Part shown: one piece after another, positions 10,500 to 19,629 of the stretch
How positions within the stretch are numbered: position 1 is the first letter of the stretch
Layout of the letters: each line of letters opens with the position of its first letter
Source of the DNA: an uncultured Acidobacteriota bacterium
Lineage (GTDB): Bacteria > Acidobacteriota > Vicinamibacteria > Vicinamibacterales > 2-12-FULL-66-21
Direction: 5' to 3'
Assembly (NCBI GenBank): GCA_963725145.1
Contig: CAVRXL010000010.1
Coordinates: forward strand, 986,693-1,050,692
Length of the DNA stretch: 64,000 nucleotides
Notes under the pieces: generated by a model
The model's database searches: none
Told to the model about the DNA's origin: nothing
What the model saw: only the letters and a program-made list of their open reading frames with translations
Translations under genes and position numbers: made by a program

Positions 10500-13064
10500 C
10501 GAGATCTGCGGCGTGGAGATCTGCGGGCTCGAGATCTGCGGCGCGCGGTTGGAGAACGTGGAGATCTGCGGCGACGAAATCTGCGGGTTGTGGATTTCCG
10601 AATCCTCGATGGTCGCGCCGCCAAACCCCGGCGCGGTCGCGGGGACCTCGGTCAACGCCGGGTTCGTCGGGTCCGGGTTGAGGATGACGCGCGCCCGCAG
10701 CCCGTCGGTCTTGAGCGCGCCGCCGATGGCGACGATCTCCTGAGCGATCACGCGCACCGACGCCGTCTGGTTCGCCGACGGCTGCACCCACAACGTCCGC
10801 GTGTGGCCGGAATTGGCGAAGATCTGCACGTCCCGGACGTCGTCGGCCGCGGTGAATGAGAACTGATCGAACGAGCCGTCCACGCCGCCCGCCTCGTTGT
10901 CCTGTAACGTCAGGCGGAAGAGGCGATCGACCGGCGTGCGGTTCTCGAAGTACGTGACGAACGACCGCTGGATGTTCAGCGGCTTGAAGCTTTGCGGCGC
11001 CCCGGCCACCAGGCCCGCGATTTCCGCGAAGTACGGGTTCGAGTTCCGCGTGGCCACCTGCCCGCAGCTCGACGGCAACGGCGTGCCCGGGTCGGTCGGG
11101 TCGATCGGCTTGATCGCCTGGTACCCGGTCCAGGGGGCGTTGATGTCCGGCTTGAGCGTGACCGGGTCGACCGGAAACTGCACGTCGCGGTTGTCGGTCC
11201 ACATCGCGAGCAGCGAGCTCGGCTCGGTCGCCCACTTCCACGTGCTGCCGCTCTCGAAGACCTGCGAGGTGGCCAGGGCGGAGTAGTCGCCGAAGAACGC
11301 CCGCAGTCCGCCGCTGTACATCGTCAGGTTCGGCCGATGCACCTTCTTGTACCCGGGCGCCGTCTCCGCCAGCTGGGCCGGGGACGAGTTGGCCTTGATC
11401 GGATACTGGGACACCTGCACGGAAGGAGCGACGCGCTGGCCCGTGACCGGGTCGAGGCGCGCCACGCGGACGTCCATCTGCCGGCCGATCCCGCTGATGA
11501 AGCTGGTCTCGAAGGGCTGCGCCAGCTCCTCGCGCGCCTCGTGATAGAGGAGTACCAGCTGGGGATTGGTCGTCCCGCTGATGTTCAGCGCCGGCTGCAC
11601 TTGTGGCCCGGACGGCCGCGTCACGATGGGGCCGACGCCCGGCTGCTCCAGGTGTTCCTTGCGCGGCCCGGCGTCCACCGCCTTGCGGGCCGTCCAGCTC
11701 CAGCCGCCGTCGGTCGACGTCGACAGCACGATGCGCGGGCTGCCGGTTGCGAGCGGCTGGCCGAACGTCGCGGAGGCGGGATTCACATCCACGCGCTCCT
11801 GCCAGACCGCGAACAGCTTCGACCGGCCGTTGACCACGCCCGCGACCAGCTGCGGAAACGCGAGCGACCGCGCCGTCGCCGTTTCGGGGGGCCCCGGCTC
11901 GCTCGTGAACTGATCGAACGGCTTGAGGTTCGACGCCTTGAGCTGTTTGATGATGTCTTTCAGGCTCCTCGCCGGCCACCAGTGCGTGATCGGCGTCGCC
12001 GGCAGAAACGTGCGCCCCCTGTCATACGACTTGGAAACCACCATGAGCGGCCATTTGTCGTAGAAGAGCCGCCACGCGAGATACACCGTCCCGTTGAGGG
12101 GATCGACCGCCAGCGTCGTGCCGTGGTTGCGGAGGAAGCCGAGCGTCAGGAGCGGCATCGTCTTCGTCCAGGTCGCGCCGCCGTTGGTCGAGCGCGCCAC
12201 GACGACCTTGCTGTTGTCGCCTTCCAGGAACACCGTGTAGGCGACATACAGCGTTCCGTCCTGATCGACCGCCATCGCCCCTTTGTCGAGGAACGGGGCG
12301 GGGACCGTCGACGTCACGTGCGCGGTCGAGCGGTCAATCTCGATCGTGCGTTCGTAATTGAAGCAGGTGCCGCCTTCATGGTTGTTGCGGTCCGTGTAAC
12401 TGACGTGGTACATCCGGCTCTCGCCGACGTTGCCGTTCGGGAAGCGGACGAACGCGAGGATGAGGAGATGCATGCGTCCCGCCGGGCCCGGGACGAGGAC
12501 GGCGTCGGTCGTCTCGGCATGCCCGCCTTGCGCGGCGGCCGCATTGCTGAACGCCTTGATCGGCGACGCCAGCGAGGCCTCGGAGAAATCGAGCGGGCTG
12601 CCCGGAACCGCGCCGCCTATCCACGAGCGCCCGCGGTTGCACGAGCGATAGACGCCGGTCCACGCGCCAATCGAAGCGGCCGATCGCGAGAGAAGCCGAT
12701 GCGCCGGTTTTCCAAACAGCCTCGCGAACAGCCGCGTGAAGATGTTCATGTTCCCGCCGAAGAACTGATCCTGCGGGAAGTCGACGAACCGATAGTCGTT
12801 GCCGGCCGCCAGAAGATGATCGGGGTTTCTCACCGAGGCGGCGAGGACGGTTTCGTTCTGCCGCTGCATCTGCACGTCGGCTTTCACGAGCGCGGCGGGG
12901 TCGGTCGGATCGAAGATGCCGGCGGCGGCGTTGATGTTCGGTCCCGGCTGCGGCTTGACGTTCGCGCCGCCGTGCGGCGACTGCTGGGCGTTCAGGAACG
13001 CGTGCGCCGAGATCGCCATGACACAGGCGAGACACGACGCCATCAGGCGTGGCTTCATCACCAT
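10386..13064 (-). CDS. signal peptide + BNR/Asp-box sialidase-like beta-propeller; probably the N-terminal head of the giant protein at 1..10499
   Basis: Track ORF of 892 aa. ATG at 13064, with a second ATG at 13058 about 6 nt after GAGGG. Signal-like N-terminus [22 protein letters not shown]. Asp-box motifs STNGGATW and STDGGWSW, plus FGDY and WTDNRD propeller signatures. The last ~36 residues ([18 protein letters not shown]...) look like off-frame junk after a 1-nt slip at 10496-10497. Confidence 0.8.
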   Translation of the reverse strand: MVMKPRLMASCLACVMAISAHAFLNAQQSPHGGANVKPQPGPNINAAAGIFDPTDPAALVKADVQMQRQNETVLAASVRNPDHLLAAGNDYRFVDFPQDQFFGGNMNIFTRLFARLFGKPAHRLLSRSAASIGAWTGVYRSCNRGRSWIGGAVPGSPLDFSEASLASPIKAFSNAAAAQGGHAETTDAVLVPGPAGRMHLLILAFVRFPNGNVGESRMYHVSYTDRNNHEGGTCFNYERTIEIDRSTAHVTSTVPAPFLDKGAMAVDQDGTLYVAYTVFLEGDNSKVVVARSTNGGATWTKTMPLLTLGFLRNHGTTLAVDPLNGTVYLAWRLFYDKWPLMVVSKSYDRGRTFLPATPITHWWPARSLKDIIKQLKASNLKPFDQFTSEPGPPETATARSLAFPQLVAGVVNGRSKLFAVWQERVDVNPASATFGQPLATGSPRIVLSTSTDGGWSWTARKAVDAGPRKEHLEQPGVGPIVTRPSGPQVQPALNISGTTNPQLVLLYHEAREELAQPFETSFISGIGRQMDVRVARLDPVTGQRVAPSVQVSQYPIKANSSPAQLAETAPGYKKVHRPNLTMYSGGLRAFFGDYSALATSQVFESGSTWKWATEPSSLLAMWTDNRDVQFPVDPVTLKPDINAPWTGYQAIKPIDPTDPGTPLPSSCGQVATRNSNPYFAEIAGLVAGAPQSFKPLNIQRSFVTYFENRTPVDRLFRLTLQDNEAGGVDGSFDQFSFTAADDVRDVQIFANSGHTRTLWVQPSANQTASVRVIAQEIVAIGGALKTDGLRARVILNPDPTNPALTEVPATAPGFGGATIEDSEIHNPQISSPQISTFSNRAPQISSPQISTPQISSRRSPRRRFPRRVRRGRRSRRRRSRRRRSVAKSTAWT
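10427..10587 (-). repeat. coding tandem repeat, 15-nt units encoding PQIS(S/T), cluster B (9 PQIS when frame-corrected)
   Basis: Units are gagatctgcggN plus a 3-nt spacer. Clusters A and B flank a CARDB-like domain ([29 protein letters not shown]...). Confidence 0.9.
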
Positions 13065-13314
13065 CCCTCACGAATGGAGGAACATCACGCGGCTGCTCAG
13101 CCGCATTCGCCGTGATTTCCGTTGCCGGAGATAGAGAGCTTCCCCTGCGGCGGGTGATCGTTCGCAAAAAATAGCCGAGGGGAGCGCAGATTATCGGCCC
13201 GTTGACCGACCGGCGCAAGAGCGTTCTTGTGAAACTTGCTGGTCACTCACAGGTGGGGAATAGTCACGCAGACGAAGGACTTTTCTCAGCTCCGCGCGGG
13301 AGGAAAGTGTGGCG

Positions 13315-13343
13315 TTGTCCGGTCGCATCTTTCAAGCCATAAT
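13315..13343 (+). promoter_or_regulatory. sigma70-like promoter TTGTCC-N17-CATAAT for kinase 1
   Basis: TTGTCC at 13315-13320 and CATAAT at 13338-13343, with a 17-nt spacer. The same architecture and a near-identical leader precede the paralogous kinase at 16452-16480. Confidence 0.5.
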
Positions 13344-13385
13344 GTCCCCTCTCACACCTAAGGCGCCCGGAGGTGCCAGCAACAT

Positions 13386-16300
13386 TTGGTATGCCCTCAT
13401 TGCGGAGCGAGTGCCGCCTCGCGCGCTGGGCAGTGTACGCAGTGCGGCAGGAGTATGCCCGGCAACCGCGTTGCCGCCGCGACTCTCACCCCGTTCCCGG
13501 CCGTCCCGCCAACTCAAATTGACGACGCGACGCGGCTGGCCTCCGAGCCCGGTGGCCTGAGCGCGCGTCCTGCCGGCGCTCCGCCGGGCGCGCTGGCTAC
13601 GGGCGATCCGTTCGGCACCCGTTACCGCATCATCCGCGTGCTCGGCGCCGGCGGCATGGGGATCGTCTATCAGGCCTGGGACGAGGAGTTGGGCGTCGCC
13701 GTGGCGCTCAAGGTCATCCGGCCCGAAGTCAACGCCGACCCGATCATCGCAAAGGAGCTCGAAAAGCGATTCAAACGCGAGCTGCTGCTCGCGCGCAAGG
13801 TCTCCCACCACAACGTGGTCCGCATCCACGACATCGGCGAGGTGGAGGGCACGAAGTACATCACGATGACGTTCGTCGACGGGCGCGATCTCGCCACGAT
13901 CCTGAAGGCGAGCGGGCACCTGTCGGTCCCCGAGACGCTTCATCTCGTGCGACAGCTCGCGGCTGGACTTCAGGAAGCTCACGCCGCCGGCGTGATTCAC
14001 CGCGACCTGAAACCGGCCAACATCATGGTCGAGGGCGACACCCTGCTCATCATGGACTTCGGCATCGCCCGCTCGGCGGTCCACACAATCGAGGGGGGCG
14101 GCTCGTCCGAAGCCATGACGCTGTCGAAGAGCGCGCTCGCGACGGGAGCGACGATGCAGGGCGCGATCGTCGGGACCGTCGCATACATGTCGCCCGAGCA
14201 GTCCAAGGGGCAGCCTGCCGAAGAGCGGTCGGATATCTACTCGGTCGGCATGATCATGCGCGACATGCTGGTGGGACTGCGCCGCATCGAAGACCCGACG
14301 ATTGCCCTCAACGACCTGATGGAGCGCGTCCAGCACGCGCCGAAATCGGTGAGGGAGATCGATCCGGCGATTCCGGAAGCGGTGGATCGTGTGGTGACGC
14401 GGTGCCTGCAGCCGGATCCCGCCGCACGGTATCAAAGGGTCTCGGACCTGCTCGCGGACCTCGACGGCCTGGATGCGGAAGGGAAGCCGCGGCCAAAGGT
14501 CCGGCCGCTGACGAAGCGTCTGGTCTACGCCGTCGGGACTGTCGTCCTGATGCTGCTCGGCGGCACGTGGTGGCTGGCGCGCTCGCCGGCGCCCACGGTC
14601 GTGCCCGACCCGGTATCGGTGCTCATCGCCGATTTCGAGAACACATCGGGCGATCCCGTGTTCGACGGCGCTGTCGAGCAGGCGTTGAGCATCGCGATAG
14701 AGGGCGCCTCGTTCATCACGGCCTATCCGCGTCGGGACGCCGCGACGCTGGCGGCGCGCATCGGTGCCGGCAGCAGGCTGGACGAGAAGACGGCACGCGT
14801 CCTGGCGGTACGCGAAGGGATCAGATATGTGCTCGCCGGCGCCATCGTGCCGCGTGACGGCCGGTTCGACCTGTCGGTCCGGGCCGTCGATCCCGCGAGC
14901 GACAAGGTGGTGAAGACGGCTGCCGGGACCGCCCGGGACAAAGGCGCGGTGCTGCAGGTGATCGCCTCGCTGGCGGCGGAGGTTCGCGAGGCGCTCGGCG
15001 ACACGGCGCCAGAAAGCGCGCGGCTCGCCGAGGCCGAAACCTTCACAGCCAGCTCGCTCGAGGCGATGGCGGCCTACACGCGCGGGCAGGCGTTGAACGC
15101 CGCCGGCAAGCCGCGCGAAGCGCTCAACGCATTCCAGGCAGCCGTCGCGCTCGATCCGGCATTCGGACGGGCCTATATCAACATGGCGTCCATCTACACG
15201 AACCTGAAACAGGATGCCGACGCCAAGACCCAGTACGAGCTGGCACTCAAGTACCTCGATCGGATGACGGCCCGCGAGAAGTACCGGACGCTCGGCGTCT
15301 ACTACCTCGGCACCGTGCGAGACTACCAGCAGGCCATCGACAACTTCGAGTTGCTGGTCAAGGAATATCCGGCCGACAACATGGGGCACGCCAACCTGGC
15401 GCTGTCGTACGTCTTCGCGCGGAACCTGCCGCGAGCGATGGAGGAAGGCAAGAAGGCGACGGAGATCTACCCCCGGAACCTTCTGCAGAGGACCAACTAC
15501 GCGACCTACGCGATGTACGCGGGCGACTTCGCGACCGCGCGGGCCGAAGCGTCGGCCGTGCTCAAGGAGAACCCGAAATACGAATACGCCGGACTGACGC
15601 TGGCCCTGTCGATGCTCGCGCAGGAAGCGGAAGCCGAGGCGCGCCAGGAATACGCTCGCCTCGCCGACGCCAGCCCCCTCGGACGTTCGCTGGCGGCGAT
15701 GGGAGAGGCTGATCTCGAGATGTACTTCGGCCGCCACAAGGCGGCTATCGGAATCCTCCAGGCGGGGATTGCGATCGACGAGAAGGAGACGGCCAGCTTC
15801 AACGCCGCGCAGAAACAGGTGGCGCTCGCCGAAGCCCATCTCGCCATGGGGGATCGTCGCAGCGCCGCAGCGGCGGCCGCCCGTGCCGCCAGCCTGAGCG
15901 ATCTCGAAAGCGTCTTGTTTCCGGCCGCACGTGTGCTGATCGCAACCGGCCGGAGCGACGACGCCCAACGGATCGCGGATGGCATGGGGAACGTCATCCA
16001 GAGTCAGACGCGCTCGTACGGCCGGCTGATCGCGGGAGCGCTCGCTCTACAGCGGAAGCGGTACCCCGACGCCATCGACGCCATTCGGGAGGCGTTGAAA
16101 CTCCACGACTCCTGGATCGGACACGCGCTGCTGGGCGAGGCGTACACGGCAGCGGGCCAGCACGCCCAGGCGCTGGCTGAGTTGGAGCTGTGCCTGAAGC
16201 GGCGCGGGGAAGCAACCGACGCATTCTTCGCGGATACGTCGACGCTGCGGTACCTGCCGCCGATCCATTACTGGCTCGGGCGCGCGCAGGAGGCGCTCGG

Positions 16301-16415
16301 CGCCACCCCGGCCGCGCGCGCCAGCTACCAGCGGTTTCTGGACCTTCGCCCGAGCGCCGACCCGCCTGATCCGCTGGCGGCGGACGCCCGAAAACGGTCG
16401 GGCCAGAGATCCTGA
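13386..16415 (+). CDS. Hanks-type Ser/Thr protein kinase with N-terminal zinc ribbon, one TM helix and an extracytoplasmic sensor + TPR region
   Basis: Track ORF of 1009 aa. The TTG start lies 11 nt after GGAGGT. Motifs: CPHCG...CTQCG zinc ribbon, GAGGMGIVY, AVALK, HRDLKPANIM, DFGIA, GTVAYMSPE. TM helix LVYAVGTVVLMLLGGTWWLA. TPR-like C-terminal half. Confidence 0.9.
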   Translation: MVCPHCGASAASRAGQCTQCGRSMPGNRVAAATLTPFPAVPPTQIDDATRLASEPGGLSARPAGAPPGALATGDPFGTRYRIIRVLGAGGMGIVYQAWDEELGVAVALKVIRPEVNADPIIAKELEKRFKRELLLARKVSHHNVVRIHDIGEVEGTKYITMTFVDGRDLATILKASGHLSVPETLHLVRQLAAGLQEAHAAGVIHRDLKPANIMVEGDTLLIMDFGIARSAVHTIEGGGSSEAMTLSKSALATGATMQGAIVGTVAYMSPEQSKGQPAEERSDIYSVGMIMRDMLVGLRRIEDPTIALNDLMERVQHAPKSVREIDPAIPEAVDRVVTRCLQPDPAARYQRVSDLLADLDGLDAEGKPRPKVRPLTKRLVYAVGTVVLMLLGGTWWLARSPAPTVVPDPVSVLIADFENTSGDPVFDGAVEQALSIAIEGASFITAYPRRDAATLAARIGAGSRLDEKTARVLAVREGIRYVLAGAIVPRDGRFDLSVRAVDPASDKVVKTAAGTARDKGAVLQVIASLAAEVREALGDTAPESARLAEAETFTASSLEAMAAYTRGQALNAAGKPREALNAFQAAVALDPAFGRAYINMASIYTNLKQDADAKTQYELALKYLDRMTAREKYRTLGVYYLGTVRDYQQAIDNFELLVKEYPADNMGHANLALSYVFARNLPRAMEEGKKATEIYPRNLLQRTNYATYAMYAGDFATARAEASAVLKENPKYEYAGLTLALSMLAQEAEAEARQEYARLADASPLGRSLAAMGEADLEMYFGRHKAAIGILQAGIAIDEKETASFNAAQKQVALAEAHLAMGDRRSAAAAAARAASLSDLESVLFPAARVLIATGRSDDAQRIADGMGNVIQSQTRSYGRLIAGALALQRKRYPDAIDAIREALKLHDSWIGHALLGEAYTAAGQHAQALAELELCLKRRGEATDAFFADTSTLRYLPPIHYWLGRAQEALGATPAARASYQRFLDLRPSADPPDPLAADARKRSGQRS

Positions 16416-16451
16416 GTCCCTCCCGACTGGTTGCGGCTACCGCCTAACGCA

Positions 16452-16480
16452 TTGTCGCGCAGGGGCTTTCAGGTCATAAT
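16452..16480 (+). promoter_or_regulatory. sigma70-like promoter TTGTCG-N17-CATAAT for kinase 2
   Basis: TTGTCG at 16452-16457 and CATAAT at 16475-16480, with a 17-nt spacer. The downstream leader CCCCTC..GGCGCCCGGAGGTGCCA..TTGGTATGCCCTCATTGCGGAGCGAG is conserved with the kinase 1 leader. Confidence 0.5.
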
Positions 16481-16519
16481 GGCCCCTCCCCACCCTTGGG
16501 CGCCCGGAGGTGCCACCAA

Positions 16520-19500
16520 TTGGTATGCCCTCATTGCGGAGCGAGCGCCGCGGCGCAGGGCGGGATGTGTCCCCAATGCGGCAAGAGCGTGACGGCCAAC
16601 CGCGTCGCGGCCGCCACCTTGACCCCCTTCCCACCGGTTCCGCCGCCGCCGCTTCAACCGCCTGACGACGGCGGAGAGACGCGCCTGTCATCCGATCCGG
16701 GCGGGCTCGCCGCGCGTCCACCAGGCGCGCCGCTAGGGGCGCTGGCACCTGGCGATGCGTTCGGACCCCGCTACCGCATCCTTCGGGTGCTGGGGGCGGG
16801 CGGCATGGGAATCGTCTATCACGCGTGGGATGAGGAGCTCGGCGTCGCCGTGGCGCTCAAGGTCATCCGACCCGAAGTCAGCGCCGACCCCGCGACCGCG
16901 AAGGAGCTCGAAAAACGGTTCAAGCGCGAGCTGCTGCTCGCGCGTCAGGTCACCCACCACAACGTCGTCCGCATCCACGACATCGGCGAAGTCGAAGGCA
17001 CGAAATACATCACGATGTCGTTCATCGACGGCCGCGATCTGTCAACCGAGCTCAAGACGTCGGGCCATCTGACGGTCCCCCAGACGCTGCTTCTCATCAG
17101 GCAGCTCGGCGCCGGTCTCCAGGCGGCGCACGGTGCGGGCGTGATTCACCGGGACCTCAAGCCGGCCAACATCATGGTCGAAGGGGAGACCGTGGTGATC
17201 ATGGACTTCGGCATCGCCCGCTCGGCGGTCCGGCAGGTCGAGGGGAACGTGATGCAGGGCACGATGCCGCTGTCGCGGAGCGCCCTCGTCACCGGCGCCA
17301 CGATGCAGGGGGCGGTCGTCGGCACGGTCGCGTACATGTCGCCCGAGCAGGCCAAGGGGCAGCCGGCGGACCAGCGGTCGGACATCTACGCGGTAGGCAT
17401 GATCATGCGCGACATGCTCGTCGGCATGCGCGACGTCGAGAACCCGACGGACGCGCTGAACGAGCTGATGGCGCGCGTCGAGCACGCGCCGAAGCCGGTT
17501 CAGGAAATCGACCCGTCGATCCCTGACGAGGTCGACCAGATCGTGACGCGGTGTCTGCAGCCGGACGCCGCCGCGCGGTATCAGAACGTTCAAGAGCTGC
17601 TGGCAGATCTCAACAGGCTCGACGCTCAGGGCCACCCGCTGCCCAAGATCCGGCAACTGACGAAGCGGATTGTTGGCGCCGCCGCCCTGTTGGTGCTGAC
17701 GCTGATCGGCGGGACATTCTGGCTGGCTCGCACGCCCGCCCCGCCGCCGGAGCACGAGCCCGTGTCGGTCGTGATCGCGGATTTTCAGAACGGCACGGGC
17801 GATGCGGCGTTCGACCGTACGCTGGAACCGATGCTCAAGCTGGCGCTGGAAGGCGCGGGGTTCATCACCGCCTTCGACCGGACGCTCATCCGGCGCAACC
17901 TCGGGGTCACGCCACCCGAGCGGCTGGATGAGCGCGCGGCTCAGGAGTTGGCAGTCAAGCAGGGCCTTGGCGTCGTGCTCTCCGGCTCGATCGACCGGCA
18001 AGGGACCAATTACGCCGTTTCAGTCAAAGCGACCCAGGCGGTCACCGGGGACGTCATTACCACCGCTCGCGGCAGGGCCTCCAGCAAGGAGGGCGTCCTC
18101 AGCGCCGCGGCGACGCTGGCGAATGAGGTTCGCGAGGCGCTCGGCGACGAGACCTCGGACTCGGTCAAGCGCTTCGCGATGGAAACGCTGTCGGCCACGT
18201 CGCTGGAAGTCGTGCGGGATTATGCCGTCGCGATGGACGCGCAGTCCAACAGCAGGTTCGAGGAGGCCCGAACCGGCTTCCTGAAAGCCGTGGGGCGCGA
18301 CGCGAACTTCGGGATCGCCTGGGCGGCGCTGGCCATGGCGTCGTACAACCTGGATCAGCAGCAGGACGCCGAGAAGTACATCAAGGAAGCCGTCCGTCAT
18401 CTCGACAGCATGACGGAGCGCGAGCGGTACCGCACGCGCGGAAACTTCTACATGATCACCGGTGACTATCAGGCGTGCGTGAAGGAATACAGCGATCTCC
18501 TCGCGCGGTATGCCGCTGACGTCGCCGCGCACAACAATCTCGCGTTGTGCTCGACCCAGTTGCGGAACATGCCGAAGGCCGTGGAGGAGATGCAGATCGC
18601 GGTCAAGATCCTTCCGAAGCGGCTGCTGTACCGGGAGAACCTTGCGCTGTACGCGGCCTACTCGAGCGATTTCCAGACCGCGGAGCGGGAGGCGCGTGCT
18701 ATACCGGAGCCACGCGTCTTTGGCTTGATGGCGCTCGCGTTCGCTCACCTCCTGCAGGATCCGCAGACACCCGATCAGTTGGTGCTGGCCCGCGATGCGT
18801 ACGACAAAGTCGGAGCGACCAACCAGCAGGGCGCGTCTTACATGGCGTCAGCTCTGGGCGACCTCGCGATCTACCAGGGCCGTTTCTCCGATGCCGCGCA
18901 GATTCTCACTCAGGGCGCCGCCAAGGACCTCGAATCCAACGATCTGGAGCTCTCGGCGAGCAAGCTCGCCGCGCTGGCATACACCCAGCTGCTACGACAG
19001 CAACGAGCCGCCGCGATTGCTGCCGCCGACAAGGCGTTGGCGACCAGCAAGGCGGTGAAGATCCGCTTCCTGGCGGCGCGGATCTTCGTCGAGGCCGGCG
19101 CGGCCGCGAAGGCTCGGGCCCTCGCCGCCGGCCTCGGCTCGGAGCTCCTCGCCGAGCCTCAGGCGTACGCGAAGATCATCGAGGGTGAAGCGGCGCTGAA
19201 GAACCGTGACGCGCGCGGGGCGGTCAAGGCTTTCATCGAGGCCAATACGCTGCTCGACACCTGGATCGGACACTTCGATCTCGGGCGCGCGTATCTCGAG
19301 GCGGGCGCCTTCACGCAGGCCGACTCCGAGTTCGACCGCTGCATCAAGCGGCGAGGCGAGGCGCTGTCGATGTTCCTGGACGAGGACCCCACTTACGGCT
19401 TCTTCCCGCCCGTCTATTACTACCAGGGGCGCGTCCGTGAGGGTTTGAACAACGACGGGTTCGCCGAGTCGTACCGTCTCTATCTCAGCATCCGGGGCGA

Positions 19501-19552
19501 GTCGAAGGAAGACGCGCTCCTCCCGGATGTCCGCCGCCGCGCGGGGAAGTAG
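16520..19552 (+). CDS. Hanks-type Ser/Thr protein kinase, tandem paralogue of 13386..16415 (zinc ribbon, TM, TPR)
   Basis: The track ORF 16496..19552 is in the same frame. By analogy with the paralogue I prefer the TTG at 16520, 8 nt after GGAGGT, which gives MVCPHCGAS. Motifs: GAGGMGIVY, AVALK, HRDLKPANIM, DFGIA, GTVAYMSPE. The C-terminus is TPR-like. Confidence 0.88.
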   Translation: MVCPHCGASAAAQGGMCPQCGKSVTANRVAAATLTPFPPVPPPPLQPPDDGGETRLSSDPGGLAARPPGAPLGALAPGDAFGPRYRILRVLGAGGMGIVYHAWDEELGVAVALKVIRPEVSADPATAKELEKRFKRELLLARQVTHHNVVRIHDIGEVEGTKYITMSFIDGRDLSTELKTSGHLTVPQTLLLIRQLGAGLQAAHGAGVIHRDLKPANIMVEGETVVIMDFGIARSAVRQVEGNVMQGTMPLSRSALVTGATMQGAVVGTVAYMSPEQAKGQPADQRSDIYAVGMIMRDMLVGMRDVENPTDALNELMARVEHAPKPVQEIDPSIPDEVDQIVTRCLQPDAAARYQNVQELLADLNRLDAQGHPLPKIRQLTKRIVGAAALLVLTLIGGTFWLARTPAPPPEHEPVSVVIADFQNGTGDAAFDRTLEPMLKLALEGAGFITAFDRTLIRRNLGVTPPERLDERAAQELAVKQGLGVVLSGSIDRQGTNYAVSVKATQAVTGDVITTARGRASSKEGVLSAAATLANEVREALGDETSDSVKRFAMETLSATSLEVVRDYAVAMDAQSNSRFEEARTGFLKAVGRDANFGIAWAALAMASYNLDQQQDAEKYIKEAVRHLDSMTERERYRTRGNFYMITGDYQACVKEYSDLLARYAADVAAHNNLALCSTQLRNMPKAVEEMQIAVKILPKRLLYRENLALYAAYSSDFQTAEREARAIPEPRVFGLMALAFAHLLQDPQTPDQLVLARDAYDKVGATNQQGASYMASALGDLAIYQGRFSDAAQILTQGAAKDLESNDLELSASKLAALAYTQLLRQQRAAAIAAADKALATSKAVKIRFLAARIFVEAGAAAKARALAAGLGSELLAEPQAYAKIIEGEAALKNRDARGAVKAFIEANTLLDTWIGHFDLGRAYLEAGAFTQADSEFDRCIKRRGEALSMFLDEDPTYGFFPPVYYYQGRVREGLNNDGFAESYRLYLSIRGESKEDALLPDVRRRAGK

Positions 19553-19564
19553 AGAAAGGAAAAA

Positions 19565-19591
19565 CCGGCGAGCACCTCGAGTACTCGCCGG
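19565..19591 (-). terminator. intrinsic terminator hairpin between convergent genes
   Basis: CCGGCGAG (19565-19572) pairs with CTCGCCGG (19584-19591). On the minus strand the hairpin is followed by TTTTT (complement of aaaaa at 19560-19564). It lies between the kinase stop (19552) and the metalloprotease stop (19630). Confidence 0.65.
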
Positions 19592-19629
19592 CTCCTATCC
19601 GAATTCGATTGTGCGACCGCGCGGTGCCT

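Noticed and set aside
10097-10587. Regularly spaced short repeats (PQIS units, and likewise the GRGDT units at 20621-20812) considered as a possible CRISPR array.
   Set aside because: The period is 15 nt with no unique spacers. The repeats are in frame inside long ORFs and translate to sensible peptide repeats. No cas genes are present in the window.
10992-16000. Plus-strand ORF 10992..13115 (707 aa) and minus-strand ORF 13332..15968 (878 aa).
   Set aside because: They are antisense to the sialidase-like ORF and to kinase 1 respectively, with Arg-rich composition and no motifs. These are typical high-GC shadow ORFs.
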